Under the pieces are notes generated by a model. That model did no database searches. It saw nothing but the letters and a program-made list of their open reading frames with translations, and was not told the origin of the DNA. Both the position numbers and the translations under genes were made by a program. Shown here one piece after another: positions 1-9,643 of a stretch of DNA of 64,000 bases. This stretch comes from Cytophagales bacterium (GTDB taxonomy: Bacteria; Bacteroidota; Bacteroidia; Cytophagales; UBA9547): NCBI GenBank assembly GCA_013297755.1, contig JAAFIH010000024.1:5977-69976 (forward strand), read 5' to 3'. Position 1 is the stretch's first letter, and each line of letters starts with the position of its first letter.

Positions 1-13
1 ATAAAAAACTAAA

Positions 14-412
14 ATGACTAAAATTAATTTTAAAGTTAAATTTTCGCTATTTTCACTGATATTTTCAGTTTCTGTAGTAGCTCAAAAAATTGATACAACC
101 AAAACAATTCAACAAGATTTGTTATCAGAAAAGTTCAAAACTGAACTCAGTACCAACAAAGGTTACAATGCAATACCATATCAAGTAGATGCTGATGGTT
201 TTGGATTTGTAATATTATTTGATAACAAAATTATCATTGATCAACCATTTGTACCAGGAGTTGAGGGCTTTGTTAGATTTAAAAACCAAGGTCAGGCGCA
301 AAAAATTGGCAACCAAATGACTAAAAAATTGGTGTCTAAAATTTTTCCTCCACATATTACTTCAAGAGAGTTAGACAGCTTAAACATAGATATTAAACCA
401 ACCAAAAAATAA
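14..412 (+). CDS. DUF4907 domain-containing secreted protein
   Basis: Signal peptide, then GFGFVILFDNKIIIDQPFVPGVEG...F...AQKIG...PPHITSRELDSL, which matches the DUF4907 pattern. Confidence 0.8.
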   Translation: MTKINFKVKFSLFSLIFSVSVVAQKIDTTKTIQQDLLSEKFKTELSTNKGYNAIPYQVDADGFGFVILFDNKIIIDQPFVPGVEGFVRFKNQGQAQKIGNQMTKKLVSKIFPPHITSRELDSLNIDIKPTKK

Positions 413-419
413 AAAAATT

Positions 420-3400
420 ATGAAATTAAAATCAATAAATACCTCAATAATAGTAATGTTATCATGTTTGATGGCCATAGGTCAAGGTGGAAATTGGCAA
501 ACTAAAAGCTCTCTAACTACCAACAACACTTTGATAGGTGCTAGGTTTGGTGCAGTTAGTTTTTCTATCGATGGCAAAGGATATTATGGTACTGGTAGTT
601 TGTTAAGTTCTAATCAAAAATTTAAAGACTTTTGGAGCTACGATCCAATAACTGATAGGTGGACTCAAATAGCTGATTTGAGTGGAGATGCACGAAGCAG
701 TGCTTTTTCTTTTGCTTTGTCTGGTTTTGGTTATGTAGGTGGTGGACGAACTAGCAATGCATCATCTGATCAAATGTTTAAATATTTTCCGTCTTCTAAT
801 AATTGGCAATGGTTTACCAACGTACCTAAAGATTTGACTACTGCTACTGGTAGAGTGGGTGCTTTTGCAACTTCTATTGAAGAGGCTGGTCTAGCTTACG
901 TTGGTGGAGGTGGCGACACTGAGTATAATAAAGCTGCATCTGCTAACTACTACAAAGACTTTTGGGAATTTAACCCCAGTGACCGTTTTTTTTGGCGTAG
1001 ACTAACTGATATGCCTAAAATAAACAAAGATGCTGCTATGTTGGGGCGACAGTATGTGCCCTGGCCTGGTATTATTGCTAGAGAGCTTTATGTGTTTTGT
1101 GGAGACGAAAAAGGCGAAAGCTACACCAATAAAGTATGGAAATTCGTAATTTCGTCTAATCTAACAGATGTGGGGAATTGGCAAGTACCTAATTATGTAT
1201 ATCCTGGTGGAAACGCATTGCACCCTGTTGCTTTTAAAATGGATAACAACAATTATTATATTGGAAGTGGTTTACTTACAATTAACACTAATAATTATGT
1301 TTCTTCATCAGATTTTTATAGGTTTAGTCCAATAAATCAAAATTTTTGTAAATTATCCAGTTTGCCAGACGGGCGATATCATCCTGCTGCATTTGCCATT
1401 TCTAATGCTAATGGCAACAAGGGCTATGTGGTTGGTGGACTTGCTGGCGACCCTACAAGTTCAAATATTACTAATAACACCAATTACGAATACTCTCCAT
1501 TGGCAATTACAACTTCTGTTGTACCTTTGGTTAGTACTTGCACTAGCCTTAGCATTAATTTTACAAACGATTGTAGTTATTCGGGAAACATTACGGCCGA
1601 GTTAGTGAGTGCTACTGGCATAGCTATTACACCATTATCTGGAACTATAGGAACAGCAACAGCAGGTACTTCTTCTATTACTTTAAATTTTAATACAGTA
1701 ACTCCTGGCAGATATAGGGTTCGTCTTAAGGCAAACACAGGTGCTTCTCTTGTTAGTTCCCCTAGTACTTTTGTGATTACTGTTTCAGGTGTACCTTCAT
1801 TGCCAGAAGCAACTATTTCATTACTTGCTAACATGTGTTCTGGTAGAATTATACCTGCAATTATTACCTCTGCACCAGGTATAAGTTATACTTGGTCTGT
1901 TACAGGTGGTAGCTCTTTGTTGGCATCTGTAGGTAGTACTGCTACTGTTACAGGTATATCAAGTGCTGATTTTAATATAATTGTCAAAAGAGTATCAACC
2001 TTGTGTGGTATAACTGATTTTGTAACTAGAACTGGCTCATCTTGGATAACCCCTAATACACCATTTCTTACTGGTCCATCTTTTGTTTGTGTTAATCAAA
2101 TTGCAAAATATACTGGAGTTGGTTCCTCATCATCTCAGGGTGGTAATTATGCTATAAGAAAAATTGGTATAGGTACTTTAACTCAATTTTCAGCTAGTGA
2201 GGCCAATTTTGTTAGTTCTATACCTGGGGTACTTACTTTAACTTGTTTTTTTAATAACAGATGTCCTTCGGATCCTATGACACCCAGAATTATTACAGTT
2301 GTAGGCACTATATCACCAAATCTCAGCATTGTGGGTAGCAATTTACTTTGTGCTAATAATACATACACTTACTCCATTCCTCAAAATTTCAACACAACTT
2401 ATACTTGGTCTGTAACTGGTGCTGCTAGCATTTTGGGCGTAAACCAAAATACTTGCACAATAACAGGTATTGGTGCTGGTTCGTTTTTGCTATCTGTGCG
2501 ACAAAGCAATTTTTGCAGTACAGAAGTTTCTACTTTGGCTGGTGTATCTAATGGGTTATTGGCAAATCCTACCATTACTGGTCTAACTACGATTTGCTCT
2601 AATACATTCGTTACTTATAGTGTTGTTACACAAGTGGGTGCAAATTACTTATGGAATGTAGGTGCAAATGCAACCTTTTTGGGAGGAAATGCAAGTAATG
2701 TAGTTTCTTTGACTGGCTTAAGTGGTATTGCAACTTCTTTAATGGCAAAAGTATTTAATTCTTGTAGCACTGTTAATAGCTCTTTTTTAATAGATTACAG
2801 CGAAAATATTTCCATTAATGGAGCTCCATCTTTTTGTGTTAAAAATTATACTATTTATACTGTTGCTTCTATCGTTGGTGCTTCTTATATTTGGAGTGTA
2901 AGCGGTAATGCCACTTTTATTTCAAATCTAAATTCCATGACAATTACATCTAGCGTAGTTGGTCTTTTAAATATTGCATGTACAGTAAATACTTTGTGTA
3001 AACCTACTGCTGGTATTGCAAGCAAGCAAATTTCGGTCTATAACTCTTGCTGTATCAACTCCTATTTTGTAAACATAGGAGGTTGGGCAAACCCAGACCC
3101 AAATAGGCTACCTCATGAAATAGGTTCACCTGGTACTACTACCATATTGAGTGGAGGGGTTACTTTCAACGGCTCTTATCATTTAATTGGTAATGTACAA
3201 ATGAGCGGCAATATCAGCTTCATGCCAGGCAGCAAACTATATGCTGACGAAGGAGCTATTATTTCTTTTACAGGTGCAAACGTAAGTATCAATGGCACCT
3301 TATTGACTTCTACTTGTCCTTCTACTGCTCAAATGATTTTAAGCCCTTATGGACCAGTATTTTATAATTATTGGGGTGGATTGTTTTTGGTAAATAATTC

Positions 3401-5276
3401 TGCCATAAATATAAACAATAATACAACCATTTCTGGCTCAACTACAGCATTGCTTGTAAATGGAAACCAAAACACAAGTTATCAAATCAAGAACACCTTG
3501 TTTTTTAACAATATTTCTGGAATTGTTGATATAAATAGAAACAATTATTCGACTAATCCTACCATACAAAACTCAAGATTTATAGGGGATAATGGTTTTG
3601 TTTACCAAGCTTTAGGATTGTCAAATGGTACTGCAGATGCACTAGGCACTGTAAAAATACAAAATAATACTATTACAGGAATAACAGGACCTTATGCTGT
3701 GTATGTATACAGAGGAAGCGTAGAAATGTCAAATAATCATATAAAAAATGTTCCAATAGGAATATTCTGTGATTATGATATGACACACACAGATGACAAT
3801 TTTAGTAATAAAATAATAAAAAATAATAATTTTTTATTAAAGCAGACTACAACATCCTTTAATGATTTTCCTTGGGCTGTATACGGTCAAAATGTTAGTG
3901 TTTTTTTAAACTATTCAAAAAATACACATATTTATGAAAACAAAATATCCCCAGACCCTAGTATAAACATTACGTATTTTAATACAATAGGGATATTGGC
4001 ATCATGGACAGGAAATATTTATAACAATACAATTTCAGGAATAAATGATGGTGTATGGTTACAATCAAATTTTCAAACTACATTCATTGGCAATAACTTA
4101 ACAGGAAATAGTATAGGGGCTAATTTGTATAATCAATATAGCCATGACGATAAATTTATGCGATGCAATAAAATAGATGGCTCTGGTGCTGTAAATCCTA
4201 TTGGATTGAAATTTACCTCAGTAGATGTGTATCCTTTTTCTTTTGGCACTGCCACATCTCCAGCTGGCAACAAATTCCTCAATAATGCCACTGATATTCA
4301 AAACAACGCCTCTAGCAGCTTAGAATATTTTGTTGGTGCTAATGAACTTTCTCCAAATCCATCAGGTCTTGTTGCATTAACAAACGTTGCCGCACTTGCC
4401 CAATGTGCCTTTAGTGGATACCCTGCTGGCAATGGCAGAATGGAAGCTACAGAGCCACAGAAAAAAGCACTTGGTTTGGATGAACTAAAAGATAGTTTAC
4501 GCTACCAAGTTGGAAACAAATCAAGACAGAAATATTATCAGAACGAAATTATTCAAGCATACAAATCTGCTAATGATTTGCTTGGATTAGAAAACTATGC
4601 CACTTCAGTAGTTAATTGCAATAAAGAAGCATATTATGATATTTACTTATATATGATGTACGATTATTTGATGAAAGGCAATAGGTCGGCAGCAGATCAT
4701 TGCAAACAAGCTGCTTTGCAGCCAAATCCGGAAGAGCCTTATGTGAAAGCTCCTGTTTTGTGGTTCTATTATAACATGAATCCCCCATCAAAACTCATGC
4801 TCTATGGCAAAATGCCTACCATGACCAAAGCAGACAGTAGCACTTTGGCTTACGTTGCCCAAAGTGGCACTAGCTATGCCACAGACGCTTGCAGAGAATT
4901 GTCGTTTTTCTACAGAGGCTATGTATGTCCTACTACACCTGCTTACAAACTTGTAAACAAACGTTGTTTACAGACTACGAGAAAAGAACAAACAAACGGA
5001 GGCGTAAGCTATGATTCAAACGCACTATTGCAAGTATCCCCAAACCCCGCAACCGATGTAGTAAACATTGTGTACAAAGCACCAGCAGAGTCAATAGATA
5101 TTAAAATATCGCTGTTTAATAGCAGCAGCTTTCAAAAACTAGAAGAATGGCAAGTAGAAAACAATGTAGGAAACATATCACTTTCTACTAAAACGTATCA
5201 TTCTGGTTTGTATCTTTGTATACTCACTGCCAATGGCAAAGTACTTGGTACTCAAAAATTAGCTATTATTAAATAA
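420..5276 (+). CDS. Large T9SS-secreted protein: N-terminal Kelch beta-propeller, Cys-containing Ig/PKD-like repeats, parallel beta-helix region, type A C-terminal sorting domain
   Basis: Kelch motifs (GKGYYGTG...DFWSYDP...W; GYVGGG; DFWEFNP), repeated YTWSVTG modules, Asn-rich beta-helix segment, CTD VSPNPA...SGLYLC...KLAIIK. Confidence 0.85.
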   Translation: MKLKSINTSIIVMLSCLMAIGQGGNWQTKSSLTTNNTLIGARFGAVSFSIDGKGYYGTGSLLSSNQKFKDFWSYDPITDRWTQIADLSGDARSSAFSFALSGFGYVGGGRTSNASSDQMFKYFPSSNNWQWFTNVPKDLTTATGRVGAFATSIEEAGLAYVGGGGDTEYNKAASANYYKDFWEFNPSDRFFWRRLTDMPKINKDAAMLGRQYVPWPGIIARELYVFCGDEKGESYTNKVWKFVISSNLTDVGNWQVPNYVYPGGNALHPVAFKMDNNNYYIGSGLLTINTNNYVSSSDFYRFSPINQNFCKLSSLPDGRYHPAAFAISNANGNKGYVVGGLAGDPTSSNITNNTNYEYSPLAITTSVVPLVSTCTSLSINFTNDCSYSGNITAELVSATGIAITPLSGTIGTATAGTSSITLNFNTVTPGRYRVRLKANTGASLVSSPSTFVITVSGVPSLPEATISLLANMCSGRIIPAIITSAPGISYTWSVTGGSSLLASVGSTATVTGISSADFNIIVKRVSTLCGITDFVTRTGSSWITPNTPFLTGPSFVCVNQIAKYTGVGSSSSQGGNYAIRKIGIGTLTQFSASEANFVSSIPGVLTLTCFFNNRCPSDPMTPRIITVVGTISPNLSIVGSNLLCANNTYTYSIPQNFNTTYTWSVTGAASILGVNQNTCTITGIGAGSFLLSVRQSNFCSTEVSTLAGVSNGLLANPTITGLTTICSNTFVTYSVVTQVGANYLWNVGANATFLGGNASNVVSLTGLSGIATSLMAKVFNSCSTVNSSFLIDYSENISINGAPSFCVKNYTIYTVASIVGASYIWSVSGNATFISNLNSMTITSSVVGLLNIACTVNTLCKPTAGIASKQISVYNSCCINSYFVNIGGWANPDPNRLPHEIGSPGTTTILSGGVTFNGSYHLIGNVQMSGNISFMPGSKLYADEGAIISFTGANVSINGTLLTSTCPSTAQMILSPYGPVFYNYWGGLFLVNNSAININNNTTISGSTTALLVNGNQNTSYQIKNTLFFNNISGIVDINRNNYSTNPTIQNSRFIGDNGFVYQALGLSNGTADALGTVKIQNNTITGITGPYAVYVYRGSVEMSNNHIKNVPIGIFCDYDMTHTDDNFSNKIIKNNNFLLKQTTTSFNDFPWAVYGQNVSVFLNYSKNTHIYENKISPDPSINITYFNTIGILASWTGNIYNNTISGINDGVWLQSNFQTTFIGNNLTGNSIGANLYNQYSHDDKFMRCNKIDGSGAVNPIGLKFTSVDVYPFSFGTATSPAGNKFLNNATDIQNNASSSLEYFVGANELSPNPSGLVALTNVAALAQCAFSGYPAGNGRMEATEPQKKALGLDELKDSLRYQVGNKSRQKYYQNEIIQAYKSANDLLGLENYATSVVNCNKEAYYDIYLYMMYDYLMKGNRSAADHCKQAALQPNPEEPYVKAPVLWFYYNMNPPSKLMLYGKMPTMTKADSSTLAYVAQSGTSYATDACRELSFFYRGYVCPTTPAYKLVNKRCLQTTRKEQTNGGVSYDSNALLQVSPNPATDVVNIVYKAPAESIDIKISLFNSSSFQKLEEWQVENNVGNISLSTKTYHSGLYLCILTANGKVLGTQKLAIIK

Positions 5277-5277
5277 C

Positions 5278-7122
5278 ATGAAGTATAAATCTTTTTTTGA
5301 GGGTGTTTCTGTTCGAAACACCCTCAAATTATTTAGTATATTTTTACTATCACAAATCCAAAGCTTTGCACAACCAAGCATAATATGGGAAAAGAAATAT
5401 AGCTTTTTGTCGGGCAAAACAATTGTAGAATCAATAGATACTTCTGAAACACATATCTATTTATATACTCAAGATAGGTCATCGAGCTATATTAATAAAT
5501 CTACATTTTTAAAAACAAATCTAATTAACGGAGATACTGTTTGGACTAAGCGATTTAATTTTAGTTTTACTGGAATTGAATTTGCACCAATAAAATATGC
5601 CAATCATTCTGTTTTTATAGGTGGATCAGAACATAAAAGATATATAGGTACTGATACTATGTTATTTCAAGTTGTTAACTTGGATACCAATTCAAACGTA
5701 AAATTTCATCGTTCATTTAGGGCTATTCCACCTTGGCACCAAATTATCAGCACATCCATTTATACTAACAGTATCAATGATTTTTATTTTTTTGGACAAA
5801 CAGCATCTCTTATTCCAATAAATGAAGGATATGGCAGAAAATTTATGGTAAACAATTTGGATAGTTTAGGGAATTTAAAATGGAGGAAAATATATTTTGC
5901 TCCAAATATTATTACGGTAGATGCACCAGCCAATATGTTTAAATATAATGCTACTAATTTTATGCTGTATGGGCATGGGGGTAACCTAACACCTAAATAC
6001 CCCTATATTGTTAAAATACGACCCAATGGAGATACCATAAAAACCAAAAATTACAATGAGACTTTTCGGGAATACCATCCAGAAAGAGGCATAGGTTTAT
6101 ATGCCAAAAATAATAGTGTTTATGTGTCAGGCATGGTAGGCAATGCCGCTCAACCGAACACCCAACGTAGCTTTTTAATCAAAACGGATACTAATTTAGT
6201 AAAACTATGGGAGATAACATTGGGAACTATGGGTTGTGGTAGCTCTCGTATTTTTGAACTCAAAAACGACACCATTTTGTTTTGCACTTGGCAATCGTTA
6301 GCCAATAAAATATGGTTATATAAAATATTACCAAATGGCACTATCGCAGATAGCACTGCACTTACAGCCAATGTGAGTTCATTTTTAGAAATGAGAGGGG
6401 CTGTGTTGCGAGGTGATGGTTCGTTGCTTTTAGCTGGTGCAGCAGACAATGTGGCGTACGTAGTAAAAATCGCTACCTCATCAAAACCACAACCTACACA
6501 GTATACTACAGGAGTAGAGTCTTTTCTACCTCCAAGCCCAACTATTAGAGGGGTACAAACCATACCTTGCAATAGTTTGCCAGGAACTTATTTCTACGAA
6601 AACAACGCTATTGATTACAGAGCCAAATACACTTGGGAAGTGCCAAATGCCACTATACTCAGCACCCAAGACCAAGGCAGAACAGGTGCCAGCCTGCAAT
6701 GGAATGGCTCAGGCATACACACCATTACAGTAACAGCCACCAATCACACTACACTAGAAAAAAGCATAGGAATGTATACTGTTACCGTTTGTAGCAACAC
6801 TTGTGTTGGAGTTGGTTGTCTGCCACAAGGAATAGAAGATAATGTAAAAATTAAAAATGTAAGGCAATTTGTGATTACACCAAACCCTGCAAGTGATTAT
6901 ATAAGCGTTAGCTATGCACTTTCAAAATCACTTAAAAACGCAAAAATTGTGATTTACAACGCTGTGTCTATGCAAACGATAACAGAATATGAATTGCCAG
7001 CATATTCAAGCGAAGGTTTGGTAAGTTTTGCATTGCCTTCGATGTCTATTGGATTGTATATGTGTAGCCTCGAGGTAGAAGGACATCGCATAAATACCAA
7101 AAAATTAGCTATTATTAAATAA
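5278..7122 (+). CDS. T9SS type A sorting domain protein with predicted N-terminal beta-propeller and PKD-like domain
   Basis: Repeated GDTVWTK / GNLKWRK / GDTIKTK blade-like motifs, YTWEVPNA module, CTD ITPNPA...GLYMC...KLAIIK; starts 1 nt after the upstream stop. Confidence 0.8.
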   Translation: MKYKSFFEGVSVRNTLKLFSIFLLSQIQSFAQPSIIWEKKYSFLSGKTIVESIDTSETHIYLYTQDRSSSYINKSTFLKTNLINGDTVWTKRFNFSFTGIEFAPIKYANHSVFIGGSEHKRYIGTDTMLFQVVNLDTNSNVKFHRSFRAIPPWHQIISTSIYTNSINDFYFFGQTASLIPINEGYGRKFMVNNLDSLGNLKWRKIYFAPNIITVDAPANMFKYNATNFMLYGHGGNLTPKYPYIVKIRPNGDTIKTKNYNETFREYHPERGIGLYAKNNSVYVSGMVGNAAQPNTQRSFLIKTDTNLVKLWEITLGTMGCGSSRIFELKNDTILFCTWQSLANKIWLYKILPNGTIADSTALTANVSSFLEMRGAVLRGDGSLLLAGAADNVAYVVKIATSSKPQPTQYTTGVESFLPPSPTIRGVQTIPCNSLPGTYFYENNAIDYRAKYTWEVPNATILSTQDQGRTGASLQWNGSGIHTITVTATNHTTLEKSIGMYTVTVCSNTCVGVGCLPQGIEDNVKIKNVRQFVITPNPASDYISVSYALSKSLKNAKIVIYNAVSMQTITEYELPAYSSEGLVSFALPSMSIGLYMCSLEVEGHRINTKKLAIIK

Positions 7123-7192
7123 AATTTAACTCATAAATATAAAATATTTTACTTTTATTCATTCCCTTTGTGCCATAAACCACATTGGAAAT

Positions 7193-7221
7193 AAAAAAAG
7201 CCCCATTTTGGGGCTTTTTTT
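7193..7221. terminator. Bidirectional intrinsic terminator
   Basis: aaaaaaagcccc-atttt-ggggcttttttt between convergent genes. Confidence 0.85.
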
Positions 7222-7234
7222 GTAAGTAAGAATT

Positions 7235-8776
7235 TTATAAATCATCTATATTTTTGAGATAATAGTCGGCTTGTTGCAACAATTCGGATTTGGCGGTAAC
7301 ATCCATTTTTTTCCATACCTGATACATCATGCCTATACGAGGATTTTTGGCCAGTTTTGATTCATGTTTATCATAAAAATTCCAGTATAAACTATTGAAT
7401 GGACAGGCCCTGTGGCCTGTTTTTTTGGCTTTATCGTAATAACAACCTGTGCAATAGGAACTCATCTTGTTGATATAGGTGGCCGAACTTACATATGGCT
7501 TGGTACCTACTATGCCGCCATCGGCAAATTGGCTCATTCCACGAGTATTTGTGATTTCTACCCACTCGATGGCATCTATATAAATACCTAAGTACCAGGC
7601 ATCTACGGCATCAGGATGTACGCCAGCCAATAGTGCAAAATTGCCAGTAACCATCAATCGTTGAATGTGGTGAGCATACGCATATTGCAAAGATTGTTGG
7701 ATAGAACATTTGAGGCAATTCATTTTTGTTTTGCCTGTCCAGAACCATTGAGGTAATGATTGTGTGTTTTCAAAATAATTTAATGCAGCATAGTCTGGCA
7801 TTTTGAGCCAGTAGATACCACGCATATACTCTCGCCACCCTATAATTTGTCGCACAAAGCCTTCTAATTGATGGTATGCTATTTTAGATGTATTATTTTG
7901 GTAAGTTTCTATAGCAGCATCTACAACTTCTTTGGGAGAAATCAATTTTATATTCATCGAAAATGAAAGCCTAGAATGATACAACGACCATTCGTTGGGA
8001 GCCATGGCATCTTGAAAAGTACCAAAAAGTGGCAAGCAGTTTTCACAAAAATAAGCCAATAACTCCAACGATTGTTGTCTATTGATGGGCCAAAGAAAAT
8101 GTTTGCTATCTACAAAACCAATCGTTTTGATATTTGCTTTTTCGATACTGGAAGCTATCAGAGTAAGATCGTTTTCAAAACACAAAGGAGGTGTGGGTTT
8201 GTGATTATTTGGTAATTTTTGGCGATTGTCTTCATCAAAATTCCATTTATCATTCAAAGGTTTATCGCCATCTACAATCAAAACCTGGTGTTTTTTTCGC
8301 ATATATCGATAAAAAGTTTCCATCAAATACATTTTTTTGCCTTCAAACAACTGTTGTAGCTCGTGGCGGTGGCTATAAAAATGCTCAGTATCAAAAACCT
8401 TTGAAGTAATTTTTGATTGATTTGTAATTTTTTTTAATAACTCATCCAACCTATATTCATCAGGCTGCTGATACTCGAAGTGGGTAAATTGATGCTTTTG
8501 TATTAAACTATCGCAATTAGCATCAAAACTTTGCAAATTATCAACATCGTTGATAGCCATGTAGATAACTTGGTGGCCACGTTGAATCAGATATTGCCTA
8601 AAATATTGCATAGCAGCAAAAAAAGCCATTACTTTTTGGATATGATGCAGCGCATAATCGGTTTCTGATTTTATCTCCATGATGGTATAAACGATAGAAT
8701 CATCAACCGTTTTGTACCAAGAATGATTGCTATTGAGCTGATCGCCCAAGATTAATCGCAAAGTTTTTTGTGTCAT
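7235..8776 (-). CDS. Fe-S cluster bacterial cryptochrome/(6-4) photolyase (FeS-BCP, PhrB/CryB-like)
   Basis: LRLILGDQL N-terminus, YAHHIQRLM motif, four Cys (MNCL, YCTGC, ACPFN) at the [4Fe-4S] ligand positions. Confidence 0.9.
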   Translation of the reverse strand: MTQKTLRLILGDQLNSNHSWYKTVDDSIVYTIMEIKSETDYALHHIQKVMAFFAAMQYFRQYLIQRGHQVIYMAINDVDNLQSFDANCDSLIQKHQFTHFEYQQPDEYRLDELLKKITNQSKITSKVFDTEHFYSHRHELQQLFEGKKMYLMETFYRYMRKKHQVLIVDGDKPLNDKWNFDEDNRQKLPNNHKPTPPLCFENDLTLIASSIEKANIKTIGFVDSKHFLWPINRQQSLELLAYFCENCLPLFGTFQDAMAPNEWSLYHSRLSFSMNIKLISPKEVVDAAIETYQNNTSKIAYHQLEGFVRQIIGWREYMRGIYWLKMPDYAALNYFENTQSLPQWFWTGKTKMNCLKCSIQQSLQYAYAHHIQRLMVTGNFALLAGVHPDAVDAWYLGIYIDAIEWVEITNTRGMSQFADGGIVGTKPYVSSATYINKMSSYCTGCYYDKAKKTGHRACPFNSLYWNFYDKHESKLAKNPRIGMMYQVWKKMDVTAKSELLQQADYYLKNIDDL

Positions 8777-8778
8777 AT

Positions 8779-8916
8779 TTATTTATTATTTCTGCATCTA
8801 TCGCTACAATATCTTACTTCGTTCCAGTTTTTTTCCCATTTCTTTCGCCAAGCAAATGGTTTGAGGCACACCACACAAATCTTGGAAGGTAGATTTTCTT
8901 TTTTTACGCCTTTCAT
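8779..8916 (-). CDS. DUF2256 family small Cys-rich protein (45 aa; not in ORF track)
   Basis: Hand translation [45 protein letters not shown]; CxxC...WRKKW...YCSxRC signature; fills the operon gap. Confidence 0.9.
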   Translation of the reverse strand: MKGVKKENLPSKICVVCLKPFAWRKKWEKNWNEVRYCSDRCRNNK

Positions 8917-8929
8917 TATAATATATTTA

Positions 8930-9643
8930 TCAGAAACTTACTCTTTGCCAATCCACAGAAATATCAGAACCTTGAGCCAAAAACACAGAATGTGGTGGAG
9001 TTGCATCTAAAATTTTAAAATCAGAACCATAAAAAGATTCAAAATGGCAATTTATTATATAATCATTTACTGTAAATATCTGCCATTGGGGATGATTAAT
9101 TTTGTATGCTATACTTTGCTTAGAATCTACTTTTGTGTATCCATAGTAATGTTCAAAAATAAACTCTTCCATACTGCCAATAGGCATAGATTTAGGTAAA
9201 ATTTCGGCATTTACGAGCATACTTTGCCATTTGGATTTTACTTTCCATTGATATTCGATCTGTTGATTTTGAGCATCAATAGACCAGTTATGTTTGGTAG
9301 GAATGGCCGTATAGTGTTCTTTGTAGAGCTTATTGGCCACCCAAGCCACTATTTTGTTTGGCACAGTTTCATTGATAAAAACTACACCACGTTGAGTAAT
9401 GTTTCCAACTTTTCGGGTTACATAAAATCTCAGATTTACTTCTTCAAAAGTACCCATCCATGGAATTGGGACAGAAAAAATAGAAGTATTTTTAAATAAA
9501 AATCCAACTAAACTTACATACATTTTTTCTTGATAATAATCTAAAGTTACTCCATTGGGTAAATAAGGCGTAAGAATATTTGGATCTATTTCATAATTTG
9601 CCATGATTAAATTTTGCCAATTTGCTTTCAAAAAAGTTTTCAT
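8930..9643 (-). CDS. DUF2071 / YqjF family protein
   Basis: [41 protein letters not shown] motifs; ATGA overlap with the upstream photolyase. Confidence 0.85.
   Translation of the reverse strand: MKTFLKANWQNLIMANYEIDPNILTPYLPNGVTLDYYQEKMYVSLVGFLFKNTSIFSVPIPWMGTFEEVNLRFYVTRKVGNITQRGVVFINETVPNKIVAWVANKLYKEHYTAIPTKHNWSIDAQNQQIEYQWKVKSKWQSMLVNAEILPKSMPIGSMEEFIFEHYYGYTKVDSKQSIAYKINHPQWQIFTVNDYIINCHFESFYGSDFKILDATPPHSVFLAQGSDISVDWQRVSF

Noticed and set aside
1393-2368. Short alternative-frame and antisense ORFs inside the Kelch/T9SS gene (similar shadow ORFs occur throughout the window)
   Set aside because: Fully nested in well-supported genes and without recognisable motifs; expected from codon bias
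5254-7122. Diversity-generating retroelement suggested by identical gene 3' ends
   Set aside because: Only 23 bp are shared, there is no long TR/VR pair with adenine-specific mismatches, and no reverse transcriptase is in the window
8768-9010. 80-aa plus-strand ORF in the ORF track
   Set aside because: Antisense shadow of the real minus-strand DUF2256 gene (8779-8916)
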